A stretch of 64,000 nt of DNA from Ginglymostoma cirratum (GCA_024137785.1 JAHRHZ010000200.1:1-64000); one strand, 5' to 3'. Shown: positions 1 to 12,902, numbered from the stretch's first letter. The notes: a model not told the origin generated them from the letters alone. Made by a program: numbers and translations.

Positions 1-139
1 GCAAATAAACTAAAGAACGCAGAAAGCCTCATGAGCCGCTTTTTGCCAATAAAAATTATCTTGCTGGACATTGCTTTGTGTTCTTTTCCTGAGCCTTGTG
101 ACACGGAGAGGATGCAACATGTGAAAAAGTGTAAACAGA

Positions 140-614
140 TGTTGCGGTTGGTTGGGTCGCACAGCTGGTTCATTGTTCCGCAGACTTTTCATTACCCTGC
201 TGGGTAACATCATCAGTGTAGCCTCCGATGAAGCACCGTTGTGTTTTCCCACCTGGTATTTGAACTCTGGTGTCCGTCGGACTGCATTACCTCACTTCCG
301 GTTTTCCTTCACAGAGGAGTGTATTTGGGGTCGAGCTCCATGTGTTTATTGATGGCTTTCTTAGTGGAGAACCAGGTTTCTAGGAATTCCCGTGCTTGCC
401 TCTGCTTCGCTTGTCCCAGGATCCTGGTGTTGCCCCAATTGAATTGGTGGTTCTCCTGGTCCATGTAGATAGACATGAGTGAGTGTTGGTCGTGTCTTTT
501 TGTTGCCAGTTGATGTTCGTGTACCCTTGTGGTAAATTTCCTTCCTGTTTGTCCAATGTAGTGTTTGTCACAGCCTCTGCAGGGAACCTTGTATATGACA
601 TTGGTCCCTTGCAT
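140..614 (-). mobile_element. Penelope-like retroelement 3' part: GIY-YIG endonuclease fragment plus 3' region with hammerhead
   Basis: ORF 309..614 reads NVIYKVPCRGCDKHYIGQTGR...RVHEH, the GIY-YIG signature of Penelope-like elements; a hammerhead core lies downstream at 183-216. Confidence 0.92.
183..216 (-). ncRNA. Minimal hammerhead ribozyme motif in the Penelope 3' region
   Basis: Minus strand: CTGATGA-t-GTTACCC-agca-GGGTAAT-GAAA-agtc, i.e. CUGANGA core, 7-bp stem II and GAAA. The expected GAAACGTC reads GAAAAGTC here. Confidence 0.8.
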
Positions 615-821
615 TTATCCCACGAATGACACCAGGAAGATACTACATGCCCCAACACACTCATCACGCTACCTAACATCAGGAACACATCTGAACTGAC
701 CACAAGACTCCTACCACCACTGGGCATCAGAGTAGCACACAAACCCATATCAACCCTTCACCATCTGCTCACCCGAGCCAAAGACCCACTACCCACTATA
801 GACAGTACCAATGGCATATAC
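615..821 (+). mobile_element. Penelope fragment in inverted orientation (RT-endonuclease linker)
   Basis: Plus strand translates to TLITLPNIRNTSELTTRLLPPLGIRVAHKPISTLHHLLTRAKDPLPTIDSTNGIY, the segment that normally precedes the GIY-YIG domain. Confidence 0.8.
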
Positions 822-865
822 CGTTAAGGTATAACCGGAAATATGGAGCCACAGAAATGTGTGCC

Positions 866-961
866 GCTCTAGTGGCGCAATCGGTCAGTGCACGGTACTT
901 ACATGATTGTATCGAAGCGTGTGCAATGCTGAGGTTATGAGTTAGAGCTTCTACTGGACCA
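866..961 (+). tRNA. tRNA-Ile(TAT)-derived intron-containing pseudogene (anticodon now TAC)
   Basis: GCTCTAGTGGCGCAATCGGTCAGTGCACGGTACTTACA-intron-ATGCTGAGGTTATGAGTTAGAGC matches vertebrate Ile-TAT; B-box GTTCGA is mutated to GTTAGA. Confidence 0.9.
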
Positions 962-1714
962 GTTTTAATGCGTCGTGGCTCAAGAGGGCAATGAGGAGAA
1001 GCAATTCTGAGCAAAGTTATGGGAAAATACCAGATTCTGTGAATTGGGAAAAAACTCAACGATCGAAAAACATTCTGCAAATATTCAAAATGTGGAGCAA
1101 CATCAGCGGATAGAGAAAAGACGGCTTTTTTATCAGCTGGAAGACGTTTCTCACTTGGCTGACTGCATTGAGTTAACTTGCAGGAAAAAGCTGTTTAACT
1201 CATTCCAATTTATTCAATTTGCTGCAAACTCGCACAGCTCTTTGAAATAATCAAAATGAAATTAGAATTATCTCATTCAACCGTGCGAATGTTACATTCA
1301 ACTTTGGTCAGAATTTTTATCAGTTTAAGAAAAGAGCTGCTGAGAAGAAGGGAGGGTTCAAAATGCAAAAAAGACAGAGCCTCGTTTGTGGATTTCTTGG
1401 GTGGATTTCAGAAAGTATGAAATGCACCTAACATTATTGGAAAGTGCTTAAATCTTTAAGGCGCCAGTGTAAAGTGGGAATTGCGTCTCAGAGCCACGGT
1501 TTCCTTCCGACTCGAGAGGGTCTAACTTTACTTTCCAATTGAAAAAATGTTCAGTTCCATTTATAATGCTTCACAGAGAATGAACTGCCAGACTTATTCA
1601 GCTGCATGTTTCCAAGAAATGTCTTTACAAGTGAAGTCAAAGAAATTCTAAACTATTCCCTACCCGCCCACACACTTTGTCTCACTGTTAAGGTGCCTCC
1701 TTAGGCACCTAAGG

Positions 1715-2155
1715 GATCAGGTACATAATTCTTTGAAGTTTACATCAAATATGGACAGGGTGGTTAAACAAGCTTTTGGGGCGCTTGCCTTCATTGCTCA
1801 GTCGTTTGAATTTAGGAGTTGGGAAGTCATGTTGAGGTTGTACAGGTCGTTGGTGAGGCCTCTTCTATAGTACACCGTGAAGTTTCGGTCGCACTGTTGT
1901 CGGGGGCATATTATTTAGCTGGCGAGTGTTAAGAAGAGGTTTATCAGGATGTTGCCTGGTATGGAAGGTTTGAGTTATAAAGAAATGTTGGATAGACTTG
2001 TTTTCTTTTATTTTCCGCTGCCACTTAGGAGAGGCGATCTGAAAGAAGTTTATAAAATAATGAAACGTTTAGGCAGTATTAACGCTATTATTCGTTTCCC
2101 CATGATGGGAGATTTCAAGACTAGTGGGCATTTTTAAGTTGCGAGGAGATAATTT
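1715..2155 (+). mobile_element. CR1 LINE 3' fragment
   Basis: LYRSLVRP-like motif; ORF 1949..2137 (MLPGMEGLSYKEMLDRL...RRGDLKEVYKIM) is a typical CR1 ORF2 C-terminus. Confidence 0.85.
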
Positions 2156-3210
2156 AAAACAAAACATACGAGCGGCAGAACTTCATAATGAATGTGAATA
2201 AAACTATGGGAAGTTCCAGCAGGGAAACAGATGGCAGAGAAACGGGTGACAGTGAAGCATGCGTGTGAGGACAAATGTGTTTCGTTTGCCAGTGAAATTC
2301 ACCGCTTCACAAAGTGGAGAACATTGAAGTGTCGCAATGGTGGCGATTATTTTTGCTGGTTATTCACCTTGCAAATGCTCTTTCCGCTGATATCCCTGTT
2401 TACATCACGAGTCGAAAGGATGAAAGATGCAGCAATACTTGTGGAACAGTGGTGAAATTGATACGGCGTCTGACTTTGAATTGGGAGATTAAAATGTTGT
2501 ATCTTCCTTCTCTGGAATGAAGTTGACAGCTTTCCTCCATTTGCAAATTAACAGTTGCTTCCGAAGAGGAATGTGCATCCAGCGCTGTTTTTTTTGTCAG
2601 ATTCCGAGCAGCTGAAGTGATTGGATCACTGGGTTTTGGAAATTGAAAGTTGCCAATGAGCAACATCAGTGTGGGGCTATTTCAACTCACTATCCATTTC
2701 ATATATCAGCTCATGGCAACGGCTCCCATCGTCAGAGAAACTGCTTGTGTTCCACATAAAGCTGCCTTTTCTTCGGGAACCATGTGTACGGCGACAGAGC
2801 GTGGACATGATGGATACGGAGCGCATATACTCCTGAGGCCTCTGTCCCTCTCGGACGATATATCTGTGTATCTCCCTCTGTGGCTTAACATGAGGATGAT
2901 TACTTCAAGGGGCTTTAACATAGTTTTATCATCTCAAACTTCTGTCCCATTCGTTAATTACAGGGATAATCTCATTAAAATTTGCACTCTAAAGTTAAGA
3001 ACACCAAAGGCGGTGGGAGAAACTCTGGAAACTGGGACTAGAATAGATGGATGCCTGAAGACACGTACTGACAAGATGGCCGAATCATCTTTTTCCACAC
3101 TATTTAAAAACTTGAAGACTGGGACAAACTGATCTGCAGCCAAAATAAGCAAGAGAATGAAAAGGCTGAAGCAGTGTCATTGAGAAAAGATAGCAAAAGC
3201 TCAAACGTTT

Positions 3211-3282
3211 CCCCTGGTGGTCTAGTGGTCAGGATTCAGTACTACCACACCCCCAGCCCCGGTTCGATTCCTAGTCTCAGAA
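3211..3282 (+). tRNA. tRNA-Glu-derived pseudogene
   Basis: CCCTGGTGGTCTAGTGGTCAGGATTC...GGTTCGATTCCTAGTC matches the Glu 5' half and B-box; anticodon arm corrupted. Confidence 0.8.
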
Positions 3283-3684
3283 CTTAATCTGTCCTTTGCG
3301 AGTTTACGCACTGCTACCTAAGTTTAAGAAGCAGGAAAGGTGCTGCATGGTTATCTGTTTTATCCCAAACGATAATCAAGCTAACATGGAACAAAGAACT
3401 ACTGATGCTGGAAATCTGAATCCAGAAGAAAGGGAATTGATAGACAATCTCAGAAGATTGTTGTTGTTGTTCTCAATAAGGGTTGTCCTAACCAGAACAT
3501 TCCTTACTCGTCGTTTGTCTGTGGATGGTAACATTTCCTGAATCGTGTACAGTGACATTCAAATTTATCTGAACGCTATCAATAGCTGTTCTTTCATAAA
3601 CATCCCGCTCTGTGTTTTAACGTCACGTAATTTGACAGTTTATCTTACTTTTCCAACTTTTTTAAACAATCCCATTTGTGATTA

Positions 3685-3805
3685 CAATGTGGAAGTGCTG
3701 GTGTTGGACTGGTGTGGACACAATCAGAAGTCTCACGACACCGGGTTATCGTCCAGTGGGTTTATTTAAAATGAAAAGCTTTCAAGTGCTGCTCCTTCAT
3801 CATGT
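3685..3805 (-). mobile_element. Short Penelope-derived element with degenerate hammerhead
   Basis: Minus strand ATGATGAAGGAGCAGCACTTGAAAGCTT; same family as 11625-11750, 18478-18580 and 39905-40030. Confidence 0.6.
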
Positions 3806-5618
3806 TAAATTATTACTTCATTGCAACAGTACTTTCTACAAGCAAAGAGGATAATGAAATGAGACTGATCGATGCCATCAGAGTGTAGGAGCCTCTACAT
3901 TGCAGCGACCACATTGTGACTGAGTTTCACGTTTACTTTGAGGGAGGGCAGTTTGAATCTAAGACGAGCGCTTTGTACCTAAATAAAGGCAATGGTACCA
4001 CTTGAAGTGAGGGATGGCTAAAATGAAGTGGAAGATTAAGTTAAGAAATTGTTCAGTGCAGACGCAGTAGCAGAGATTTAAGGAAATAATCCAGAATACG
4101 CAAAAATACCCTCCAGTGTGTCTTTGTCAGTTTTCCATCGGTTTTGAAGATGGGCATGCATATTTTCAGCCTGACTCAGGTTTCACAATCCTACTGCGTC
4201 ACAACACCCAGAAGGTAAGGGTCAGGTAAATGAACGTGCAGAAGGTGCAAAGTACCTCACGACACGCGCAATGACAGATAAAGTGTTGAGGAAGCACGCA
4301 ACACACTGAGATGGAGCGCACTTATTTTTGTGAAAGGCTTTTGTATATAATCCCTATTACATAAAGACTTCCCTCACATTGGATTAAAAAAAGGATTTCC
4401 AGCTGTGTAACTCTGATGAACAGCTAAATATTTGCCTTGATACAGCAAGACACTGTGAGGCAGTGACATACTACCTTCTGTAACAACGTGGCCTCGTGAA
4501 AGCAAGCTGCTCATCAACCGAAACTCAATACATCAGAGTTTTCCAAAGTTCTGAAGAATGTATTTACTGCTCCTGCTGTCACCTGTTACCCTGTATCACC
4601 TGAACTTCCCGCTTCCAGTAAACACTTCAAACCGGGACAAATCTATCATACATTTCACATAGCTTTCGTCCCCAACTAAACTGCTACAGGTATAATGAAC
4701 CGATTGGCCTTCTCTGGCTCGCTCACTGTGGCATGACCTAAATGGTAAAGTACATTGTGTTTGGTCCACAGAATACCATGCAGTATTTCCCCAAGCCGAT
4801 TCAGACAGCGCCGTCCTCCCTGTGACATATACATGTTGTGTAATATTTTGTAGTGCAATGTGGACCGTTGTGTCAACATCACCTTTGTCTAACTTCCCAC
4901 ATTCTGCTGGTCAAACACTGATTTCGCTCAGAATCACAAATTTATCACAGTGCAGATGGAGCCCACCTTAGCTCTGCCGGTTCTCCACATTTCGGAGATG
5001 GGTCATTCTCTTGACTAAAACCTGTAACTCTGCACGTTGCTCCTTTTAACATAACCATGGAATTCGTTTTACAATAACACGATTGAACCTCACGCTTTGT
5101 CGCAATCAGTGATTACGGTGATTAATGACTCTAACCACTCCCGGTGTGAAAACATTTTACCTGATGTCACTTTTGCTTTTTCAAATGAACCTCTGCCTAA
5201 TCACTCTTAATCCTCCCATGCACCGGAACATTTTCTCCTTATTGATTCTGTGGAGACCCTTCATGACTTGGAAAACTTCAATCAGACCTGCTTTCAATCC
5301 TCCAGTCTATCTTCATCAGTGACATTCCACATACGCGGCACCTTTCACGTGCACTTTTTCAACGTTGTCTACAATCAAATAGCGTCTCTGCTTTCTGAGG
5401 TTTCCCGCCCAAATCTTTGTGATAATACAGATGGAGGATTTATTCAACGTCAGATTGCGTGGGTCAACATCCTGAACCCCTTGTTTTCATTTTCAACAGC
5501 GCCATGTTTGCTATAATGACACCTCTGATGCCGAAGCTCAATCCTGTTCCAAGAAGTCTGACATCATCATGTCCAGCTCTTTTGTCGAAAAGCTGATCAA
5601 GCGACCTGGCAAAATTAA

Positions 5619-5708
5619 GAGCTTGCCTGGCATTTGAATCCGGGACCACTCACATGCTAATTGAATACAAATCCTCAAGCAAGAATCATACTTTTTGACC
5701 AACGAGCC
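5619..5708 (-). tRNA. tRNA-Pro-derived pseudogene with 18-nt insertion at 37/38
   Basis: Reverse complement GGCTCGTTGGTCAAAAAGTATGATT-CTTGC-TT-GAG-G-[ATTTGTATTCAATTAGCA]-T-GTGAG-TGGTCCCGGATTCAAATGCCAGGCAAGCTC; 72+18 nt. Confidence 0.88.
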
Positions 5709-6750
5709 AGTAAAACTCTTGCATTTGTAACGCGGAACCAGGTGTGAAGCAGAATTCAGTTTCAAGAACATCTTCTCATTCTGTGTCTCTGCTGCCGGGA
5801 CAGTATTGTTAGTCCCTTGCCCTGGGACCGAGCAGTCTCCACTGGTGGATTATGAAATCATTTACTTCCATTTGCAAGCAGTACTGGAGGAGGGAAGCAC
5901 GAATGCGCTCTTCTGATCTCTAAAACACTTGCTTTATTCACATGAGCTGGAAATTAGCAACATTGGTTGGCAACTTCCTCCAAATGTCTGTTTTCCAAGA
6001 CAGAGACAAAGAAAAAATGCCCAGTTGCTGGGAAAGAGAGAAATAGACGCTGGAGACTCTTCCGTCAGGTAAATCAACATGAGTTCTACTTATGCAGGCT
6101 GGTTAGTGTTCAGAATTAGTCTTCATACAGCAATCCTGCAGAAAGACTTTTGCAATGCGGGATCAGTTTGTTTTTTGTGGCTGGGCAACAGTTAGTATCT
6201 GACAGTAACATTCTCAGATTAAGAGAATTCGAGTGAAACTCTCACTCATGGCGTCATTCCCGTGCAGAAGGAAGCCATTCAATTCATCAAGCCCATGGCG
6301 ACTCCATGTCACTTGTATCTCTCTGTCTTTTTTTTCAGGAACGGTGATATCCATCCTAATAATGGTGTCTGTGTTCTGATGCGGTCTTCAATGGGCTGAT
6401 CATTGAGTTGATTTGATTCAATTTATTACTGTCATGGTCCTCTTGTTATTCACAACTCCCCATATCACATGAAAGACGCTGCTGCCTGAAACAGCGTGCG
6501 GAATTATTGCAGGGCGCCCTGTGCATCGAACACACTGCAACTAATGTGTTTCAACTTCACTGGCTTTTTATGGAGGTTTCATTCAACGTCGGATGGCATG
6601 CGCAAACATCATGAGGCATGTTTTGCTCTGCCCTGTTGGCCGCAATGGAACCTCGATCTCATCCATCCTTCGGGAAGTCCGACCTTAGTGAACTCAACCT
6701 CTTTTTTGGAAGCTGATCAGCGATTTGGCAAAACCAAAAACCTGCGATCA

Positions 6751-6820
6751 GGGCTCATCCAGGAACTGTCACAATTCCACTATCCCCAAAGCGAGAATCA
6801 AGCCCCGAGACCAATGAGCC
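6751..6820 (-). tRNA. tRNA-Pro(TGG) pseudogene with ~11-nt insertion after position 37 and T-arm deletion
   Basis: Reverse complement GGCTCATTGGTCTCGGGGCTTGATT-CTCGC-TT-TGG-G-[GATAGTGGAAT]-TGTGACAG..TTCCTGGATGAGCCC. Confidence 0.82.
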
Positions 6821-7499
6821 ACATCTAGAAACTGGCATTTATCCCCAAACCAGCTGAAACTCGCTCAAATTGAAATGCATTTCACGTTGCTCCTGGGATC
6901 CAAAGCAACAAAAGAATTTCAAGAACATCTTCTGATTCTGTCTCCCTGCACTTGACACAGTGTATAAAATTCAGGCTCACTGTGAACGTGGAGAGGGGCC
7001 GTCACACTGTGGATTCTGTACCTGCTGTTGAATAAAGATCACAGTAACTGAGTCCAATGAGAGGAAAAGAATTGCTTCTTTTTGGAAACATTTCTTTGTG
7101 AACTCACTTTCACTCTGTAATAACAGAAAAGCAGCTGGAATCTCCTGATAAATTGAATCATGAATGTAGGTGTTTATAGATTAAGTGGTAAAATATCAAG
7201 ATAATGATATTAACACCACGCTATCACCAACTGAATGAATCAACTGCCCAGAGGGAAGCGGCTGTGTTTTAACCCCACGATGAACAGTTTATGTTTTGCT
7301 TCCCGCACTGGGGCAGCTGAGAATTTACCCAAACAATGCACAACACATACTTGAAGCATCGTTCCCATGTAAAACTGACAGGGAATCTTTGCAAGAAATC
7401 TAAAAGAACAAGAAAGAAGATTTTGGTCAACAAGCATCATCACCAACAACCTCCGTCGTAATGTAGGATTTAAGTGAACTTATTTGTATATGAACATCG

Positions 7500-7571
7500 T
7501 GCGCAGGATGTGATTTAAACACGCAACCGTCTGATCTGGAAACAGATGTGCAAACTTAACACCACAAGCTC
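7500..7571 (-). tRNA. tRNA-Trp(CCA) pseudogene
   Basis: Reverse complement ...TCTGTTTCCAGATCAGACGGTTGCGTGTTTAAATCACATC matches the vertebrate Trp anticodon and T arms; D arm and acceptor stem degenerate. Confidence 0.82.
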
Positions 7572-8254
7572 ACACGTGCACTGCTGCTGTACAGGATTAA
7601 AGGAAGTGGTCGTAACATAATGATTTTAAACTATAATTGGCAAAGGAGATCAAAGGGTAGTGCTCATTTTCTGTTAAATCACCACAACGCTTCTGTCTCT
7701 CTTCAGTCCTCTTCTTTCTCTCTCTATCCCTCTATCTGTCCCTCTGTTTCCTCCATTTTGCTCTTCTCTACTTCATTATCCTAACTTTTCTTTCCTCCTC
7801 TTCTACCTTTTTCCCTCGTATATCATGCCTCGAATTTGCAGGACACCAGTGAGAAATGTCACAGGGCGAATCCAGGACTTATTCTGGACACTTTTTTTTC
7901 AAATGCAACGAGAGAGAAATGATCTGAGAGAGAAGAAACAACTGACGAGACTCTGCACCCTCCTTTGGATATTCTTCAGTAAATTCAGCCGCCAAGAATA
8001 AATATTTCTCCAATTTCACGAAGAAAACCCACCATGAATATCATTAATACAAATATAGAATCCCAAGAGTAGCTTAATTTGAGGCTAGACACGGAAGTGT
8101 CTGAGATTGTAATGTAGAAATAAAAATACCTGGAGATGTAATTATATTTCATTGAATGATTCATTACCAAGTGACCCACGGCTAATTCATATTCATGTTC
8201 CAGAAACCAGCATCATTATTGCGTCACAATAGTTGAAGGCCACCGCCGCTCATG

Positions 8255-8600
8255 CCATATGACGTCATGGTGCATCTGGAAGCCCCGGGTACAGTTTATT
8301 AAAGAAACCTCATTGAACGTCAGACTGCCCTGCGTCCGAAAACATTTGGATGGCCAACCGAAATCATTTAATGCATACAAAATCTCCAAATTAAACAAGA
8401 TCGAGGCATCCTCCTTTCTTCTCACTTAATGTTCAACACCCATCAAGCTAGATAATGATTACTGTGGGCAGTTGATTAAAGTCCGAAATGATCAGACACG
8501 ATGTCAAATCTATTTAAATAGAACAGCCCCGCCACCTGCACTTTGAATTACAAACTCATTGCTTGATCACCCGACCAATGCCTACAGCAAAGAAGTTCAC
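8255..8600. promoter_or_regulatory. Possible decayed Pol II promoter motif cluster
   Basis: TGACGTCA (CRE, ~8260), GCCCCGCC (~8526), ACTACAA-like AATTACAAACTCA (~8546) and CCAAT (~8575); no associated gene seen. Confidence 0.2.
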
Positions 8601-8820
8601 ACGAAGTCACAGTTAGATTACAGCAAAGACCTTCCCTATCTCTCCGTGATGAATGCCCCACCTTTTATTTTGGAACATTAAAACCGATAGAGGAAAATTG
8701 TCATTTTGGTAGTTGCAATATGATGTCTGAACTGGCTGACACCTGGTTTCCTGGATCTTACAGATTGTTTCACATCAGTCTCTGTATTGCATTTAGTCAG
8801 CACGTTCAGCTGTAAGCCAA

Positions 8821-9058
8821 AAAGAAACAGAAACAACTGTGGATGCTGTAAATCAGGAACAAAAACAAATTGCTGGAAAAGCTCAGCAGCTCTGGCAGCA
8901 TCTGTGAAGGAAAAAACAGAATTAACGTTTCGGGTCCGGTACCCTTCCTCCGAACTGTTCTGAGGAAGGGTCAATGGACCAGAAACTTTAATTCTGTTTT
9001 TTCCTTCACAGATGCTGCCAGAGCTGCTGAGTTTTTACAGAATCTTTGCTTTTGCGGT
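8821..9058. mobile_element. Fold-back (palindromic) hammerhead-bearing short element
   Basis: Arms CTCAGCAGCTCTGGCAGCATCTGTGAAGGAAAAAACAGAATTAA and its reverse complement surround ~8955; the core CTGAGGA-AGGGTC..GACC-AGAAAC is present; flanks TGTAAGCCAA/TGTTAACCAA look like a 10-bp TSD. Confidence 0.85.
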
Positions 9059-9384
9059 TGTTAACCAATATATCTTGTGAGTCGAAATTTTCACTATTTC
9101 CTGGTCACACATTTCCGAGCCATCAATTAGCTGTTAGAAACTATTCTCCAATCATTGAACATTCTGCGGATATCCAGTACATTCAGACCTAGGAATCTGA
9201 GAAAAATATTCTTTCAAACTCAGCGTGAAAAATATGTAACCAAACGTACACCTATACATAATTTGCGAGAAATCTACGGGGCTCTGGGTTTAAATCAAAA
9301 CCACAAGCCCAAGACGATCAAAATTCTAAACCCACACACTCCAATTATCTTTTATCAGCGACAAGCAACAACTGCGGCTTCTTT

Positions 9385-10030
9385 GAAGTCCCATTCTGCT
9401 GCTTTTGATCGTCCACACCCCCACATGGATGCCTAAGCTGAGTTCTAGATCTGTTTGCAGTCTGTCCCATTTAGCACGGCGCCAGTGCCATGTAATGCGG
9501 TGGATGGCATGCACAATGTGAAGGCGAGACGTCGTCCCCTCAAGAATTATATTTTGGTCACCTCCTGCCGTTACTGTCATGGACGGATGTGTCTCCTGAG
9601 GACAGATTGGTGAGGATGAGATCAAGCGTGTTTTCCCTCTTCTTGGTTCTCTCCCCACCTGCAGGACCAATCAAACAACTATGATTTGGGACCTGACCAG
9701 CTGCTGCCGAGCCATTCTCAGTGATGGACATTGAAATCGCTAATGCAGAGTTCATTCTTACCAGCCTTAGTGTTCCATCCAAGTGCTGTTCAACATGGAG
9801 GACATCAGCCGAGCGACAACAGTCGGCGGGAATCTGCAGATGGTTTCCTTGCCCATGTTAAACCGGATGCCCTGAGACTGAATGGGATCAATGTTGAGAA
9901 CTCCAAGTTAGTTTCCTCAAATGTATCACATTGTGCCGCCAACTATGCTGGGTCTGTCATGAAGATGGAACAGGACATATCCATGGATGGCGATGGTGAA
10001 TCTGGGACAATGTCTGTAAGATATGGTTCC
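9385..10030 (-). mobile_element. Non-LTR retrotransposon endonuclease fragment (L2/CR1 group)
   Basis: ORFs give KRENTLDLILTNL and HRITWHWRRAKWDRLQTDL, APE endonuclease C-terminal motifs, in frameshifted pieces. Confidence 0.8.
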
Positions 10031-10774
10031 ATGAGTTTCAGATTGATTGTCATTTTACAAGAAAAACAACTGTCCTTTGCCAAATTTCCTCTTTAAAATA
10101 GAGTCTGTGACATTTATTGTGGAAACATGGAAACAGTCTGATCCCACCCCTGCAGAGACATCCGTGTCACCATGAAGCAGCTCTCCTGAACCCCGGGCCA
10201 TCTCTCTTCGAGCCTTGCCACTTTTTGTCTGTTCCGAAGTATCTGATTGCACTGCCGCTGACATCCTGTTTGAATTCCCAATCTTTTCAAAGAATCCTGA
10301 TTATTTCAACATCTTGGATTAGGTAATGACACCTAGAATATTAGAGTCAATGCTCCAGCGTCAAAAAGGTGGGGAAGATGTATTAATTGGCTCTGCTCAT
10401 TCAGACCGTTCACCCTTCAGTCTCTACCGAGTCTGGTTCACAAAGAGCTTTCAAAGATTCCCGAAGCTGGAGACTGGGTTTTCTATCTTGTTTCCTTCCC
10501 ATATTTCGCCTAACAACTAACAAATTTCGCCTTGACTTTCATGTTATGGGTGCGGTTGGGCAGTTTGATTGAGCTGAAAGTGAAAAATTCTTTCCACTGA
10601 CCAGGATGAGTAACAGTTCGATTCTGTCTTCTCCAAAAGTGAGATTTTCACTGCAAAGACCCTTTGGGATCTCAGACAGTCTTAGATTTCATAATGAACC
10701 ACTTTCACACACTCCCAAAGATTTTTGCGAAAAGACGGAAAACAACAAAGAGAGGACCCAGCTACAGATAACAA

Positions 10775-10849
10775 GGGCTCAAGCGGGATTGGAACGCGAG
10801 ACTTTGCATAGTCTCATCAACGATCCTCCCACCTCTACACCAACAAACA
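10775..10849 (-). tRNA. Highly degenerate tRNA-Pro pseudogene with extra central sequence
   Basis: Reverse complement begins GTTTGTTGGTGTAGAGGT and ends GTCTCGCGTTCCAATCCCGCTTGAGCCC; it occupies the module position homologous to the Pro copy at 18271. Confidence 0.65.
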
Positions 10850-11624
10850 GTTTCATTGAGCACCCAACTTCTGTTGTAATCTAATTGACCTTCATACAGT
10901 GATCTTTGGATGTTGGAGACCGGTTTCAAGTTCTATATGATCCAGAAATGTGTAGTAAGATCTTTGAATAGGCTGTTCACTTTAAAAAATCTCAGTTCGG
11001 GCAGTGAAAGCAGCAATGAACAGCTTTTTCCCATTCTGCCCCTGCTCCCGGACTGCTGCTATTTGCTCCTTTCCCCGAGCACCGGGCTGTCTTCAATCGC
11101 GGATGGACCAAAACATTTCCCTCCACGGGCAGGTAGTGCTTGGGGATGATATACGTTTTGCTGCTCCTTCTTGAACACTGGAAGGGTGAAGAAGCAGAAG
11201 AGGCAGAATTAGATGTCAGGAAATTATAAACGATGATTGGGAACTTTCATCAAATGACATTAATCAGAGACAGAGAAAATGATGCAAAGCTGCTAGAAAA
11301 GAGAGAAGTCGAAACTGGAGACTATTCCCTACAGAAACTTAATACGGGATCTTTCTGTGCAGCCTGTTTGGTTTTCAGGATTCGACTTCACGCAGCAATC
11401 TTGCAGAGAGTCTTTTGCAACGCAGACGTCAGTTTCTTTGTTACGACCGGGCAGGGGTTCATATCTGACGTAATCAGTCCCAGATGAATAGAATCCAAGT
11501 GAAACACTCACTCACTGAGAGTCATCCCCGACAGCCCTGAGCTGCGGAGCTGCAGACAGTTCAACGTGGAAGGCAAGTCTAAAAATGAGCCATTGTTTCT
11601 CACTCGCGTGCTCTGTCACAGAGG

Positions 11625-11750
11625 CAGTGAAGAAAATCAGAAGTCACGTGAGACCAGGTTGGAGTCCAACAGGTTTATGTGAAATCACACGCTTTCACAG
11701 CGCTGCTCCTCCATCAGGCGAAGTGACACTTTTCACCGGCATCTCCACAT
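11625..11750 (-). mobile_element. Short Penelope-derived hammerhead element
   Basis: Minus strand CCTGATGGAGGAGCAGCGCTGTGAAAGCG; homologous to 39905-40030. Confidence 0.6.
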
Positions 11751-12902
11751 CACACAAACAGGGAGAGTGACGTCATAATGCAAGGCGTCATTCCCGTGCA
11801 GGAAGAGGCCAATGAGTCCATCGAGTCCACGGCGATTCTCTGTCACTTGTATCTCTCCGTGGTTACTCATAATCGGTAATATCAGTCCTAACAATGGTGA
11901 ACTGTATCTGTGCCGTGATGCTGTCTCCGATACTCTTGTCCTTCACAACTTTTCATTTCACCTGAAGGATGGTACTTTCTGAAACAGCGTGGGGAATTAC
12001 TGCAGGGCTTCCTTCGCATGTAAAACACTACAACTGATGTTTTTCAAACTCAATGCTTTATTCCTGCGATCTCAGAGAACAGTTTTAACAAATAAGACCA
12101 TTGCAGACCTACACAGAACAGGAGAAGGCCATTCAGACCTTCAGAAGCATGTCACCTCACTTGTGTAAACTTGGCCCATGTATCAATATGAGATATGTAG
12201 TTCAGATGCACGGACTTACGGGAAGCAGAACAAAACACATCAAAATGATGAGATCTGATCTCAATGATATCAAGTTCAGTCTGAGATCCCTGCAAATGTT
12301 TGCAGTTAATATATCGTACACAGGGAAGAAGGAAACAAGTTTTAAACAACCCCTTCCCATAGTCAACAGACATCATCGCTGGTGGTGAAAAGTCCTCTGT
12401 AAGTGCAACTCTCTTTATCATTAATGTTCTAAAATCCCATTTACCTGTTTACTGATCCTCACCTGTGGAAACAGTTTCTCACTATCTCGCACCATGAAAT
12501 ATCCATTTTACCTTCTTTGTTCGAAACAGAACTATCCCGGCCATTTGAATATCTCCACAAATCTGAATTCCCTCAGCCCCAGGCATGATGAAGTCTGAAG
12601 ATTGCGACGAGATTTTGGGATCAAAAGTCAGTTGGTACGTGGAAACATGGAAAGAAAACAAAACAGAAACCCAATCTCCAGCTTCACGAAACTTTCAAAA
12701 CTTTCTGTGATCCAAGTGGAAACAAATGCTATTATAATCCATCAATGGAGAGAACCCGGTGCCAACAGAAGTGGCAAACAGCACCATCTCAGGAGCAGGG
12801 AGACAGATTGAGAAGAAAATATTCTTGAAATTCTTTGCTGCTTCGAATTCCCCGAATAAAGTGGAATGTACTTCACTTTGAAAGGGTGCCACCTCATCGT
12901 AT

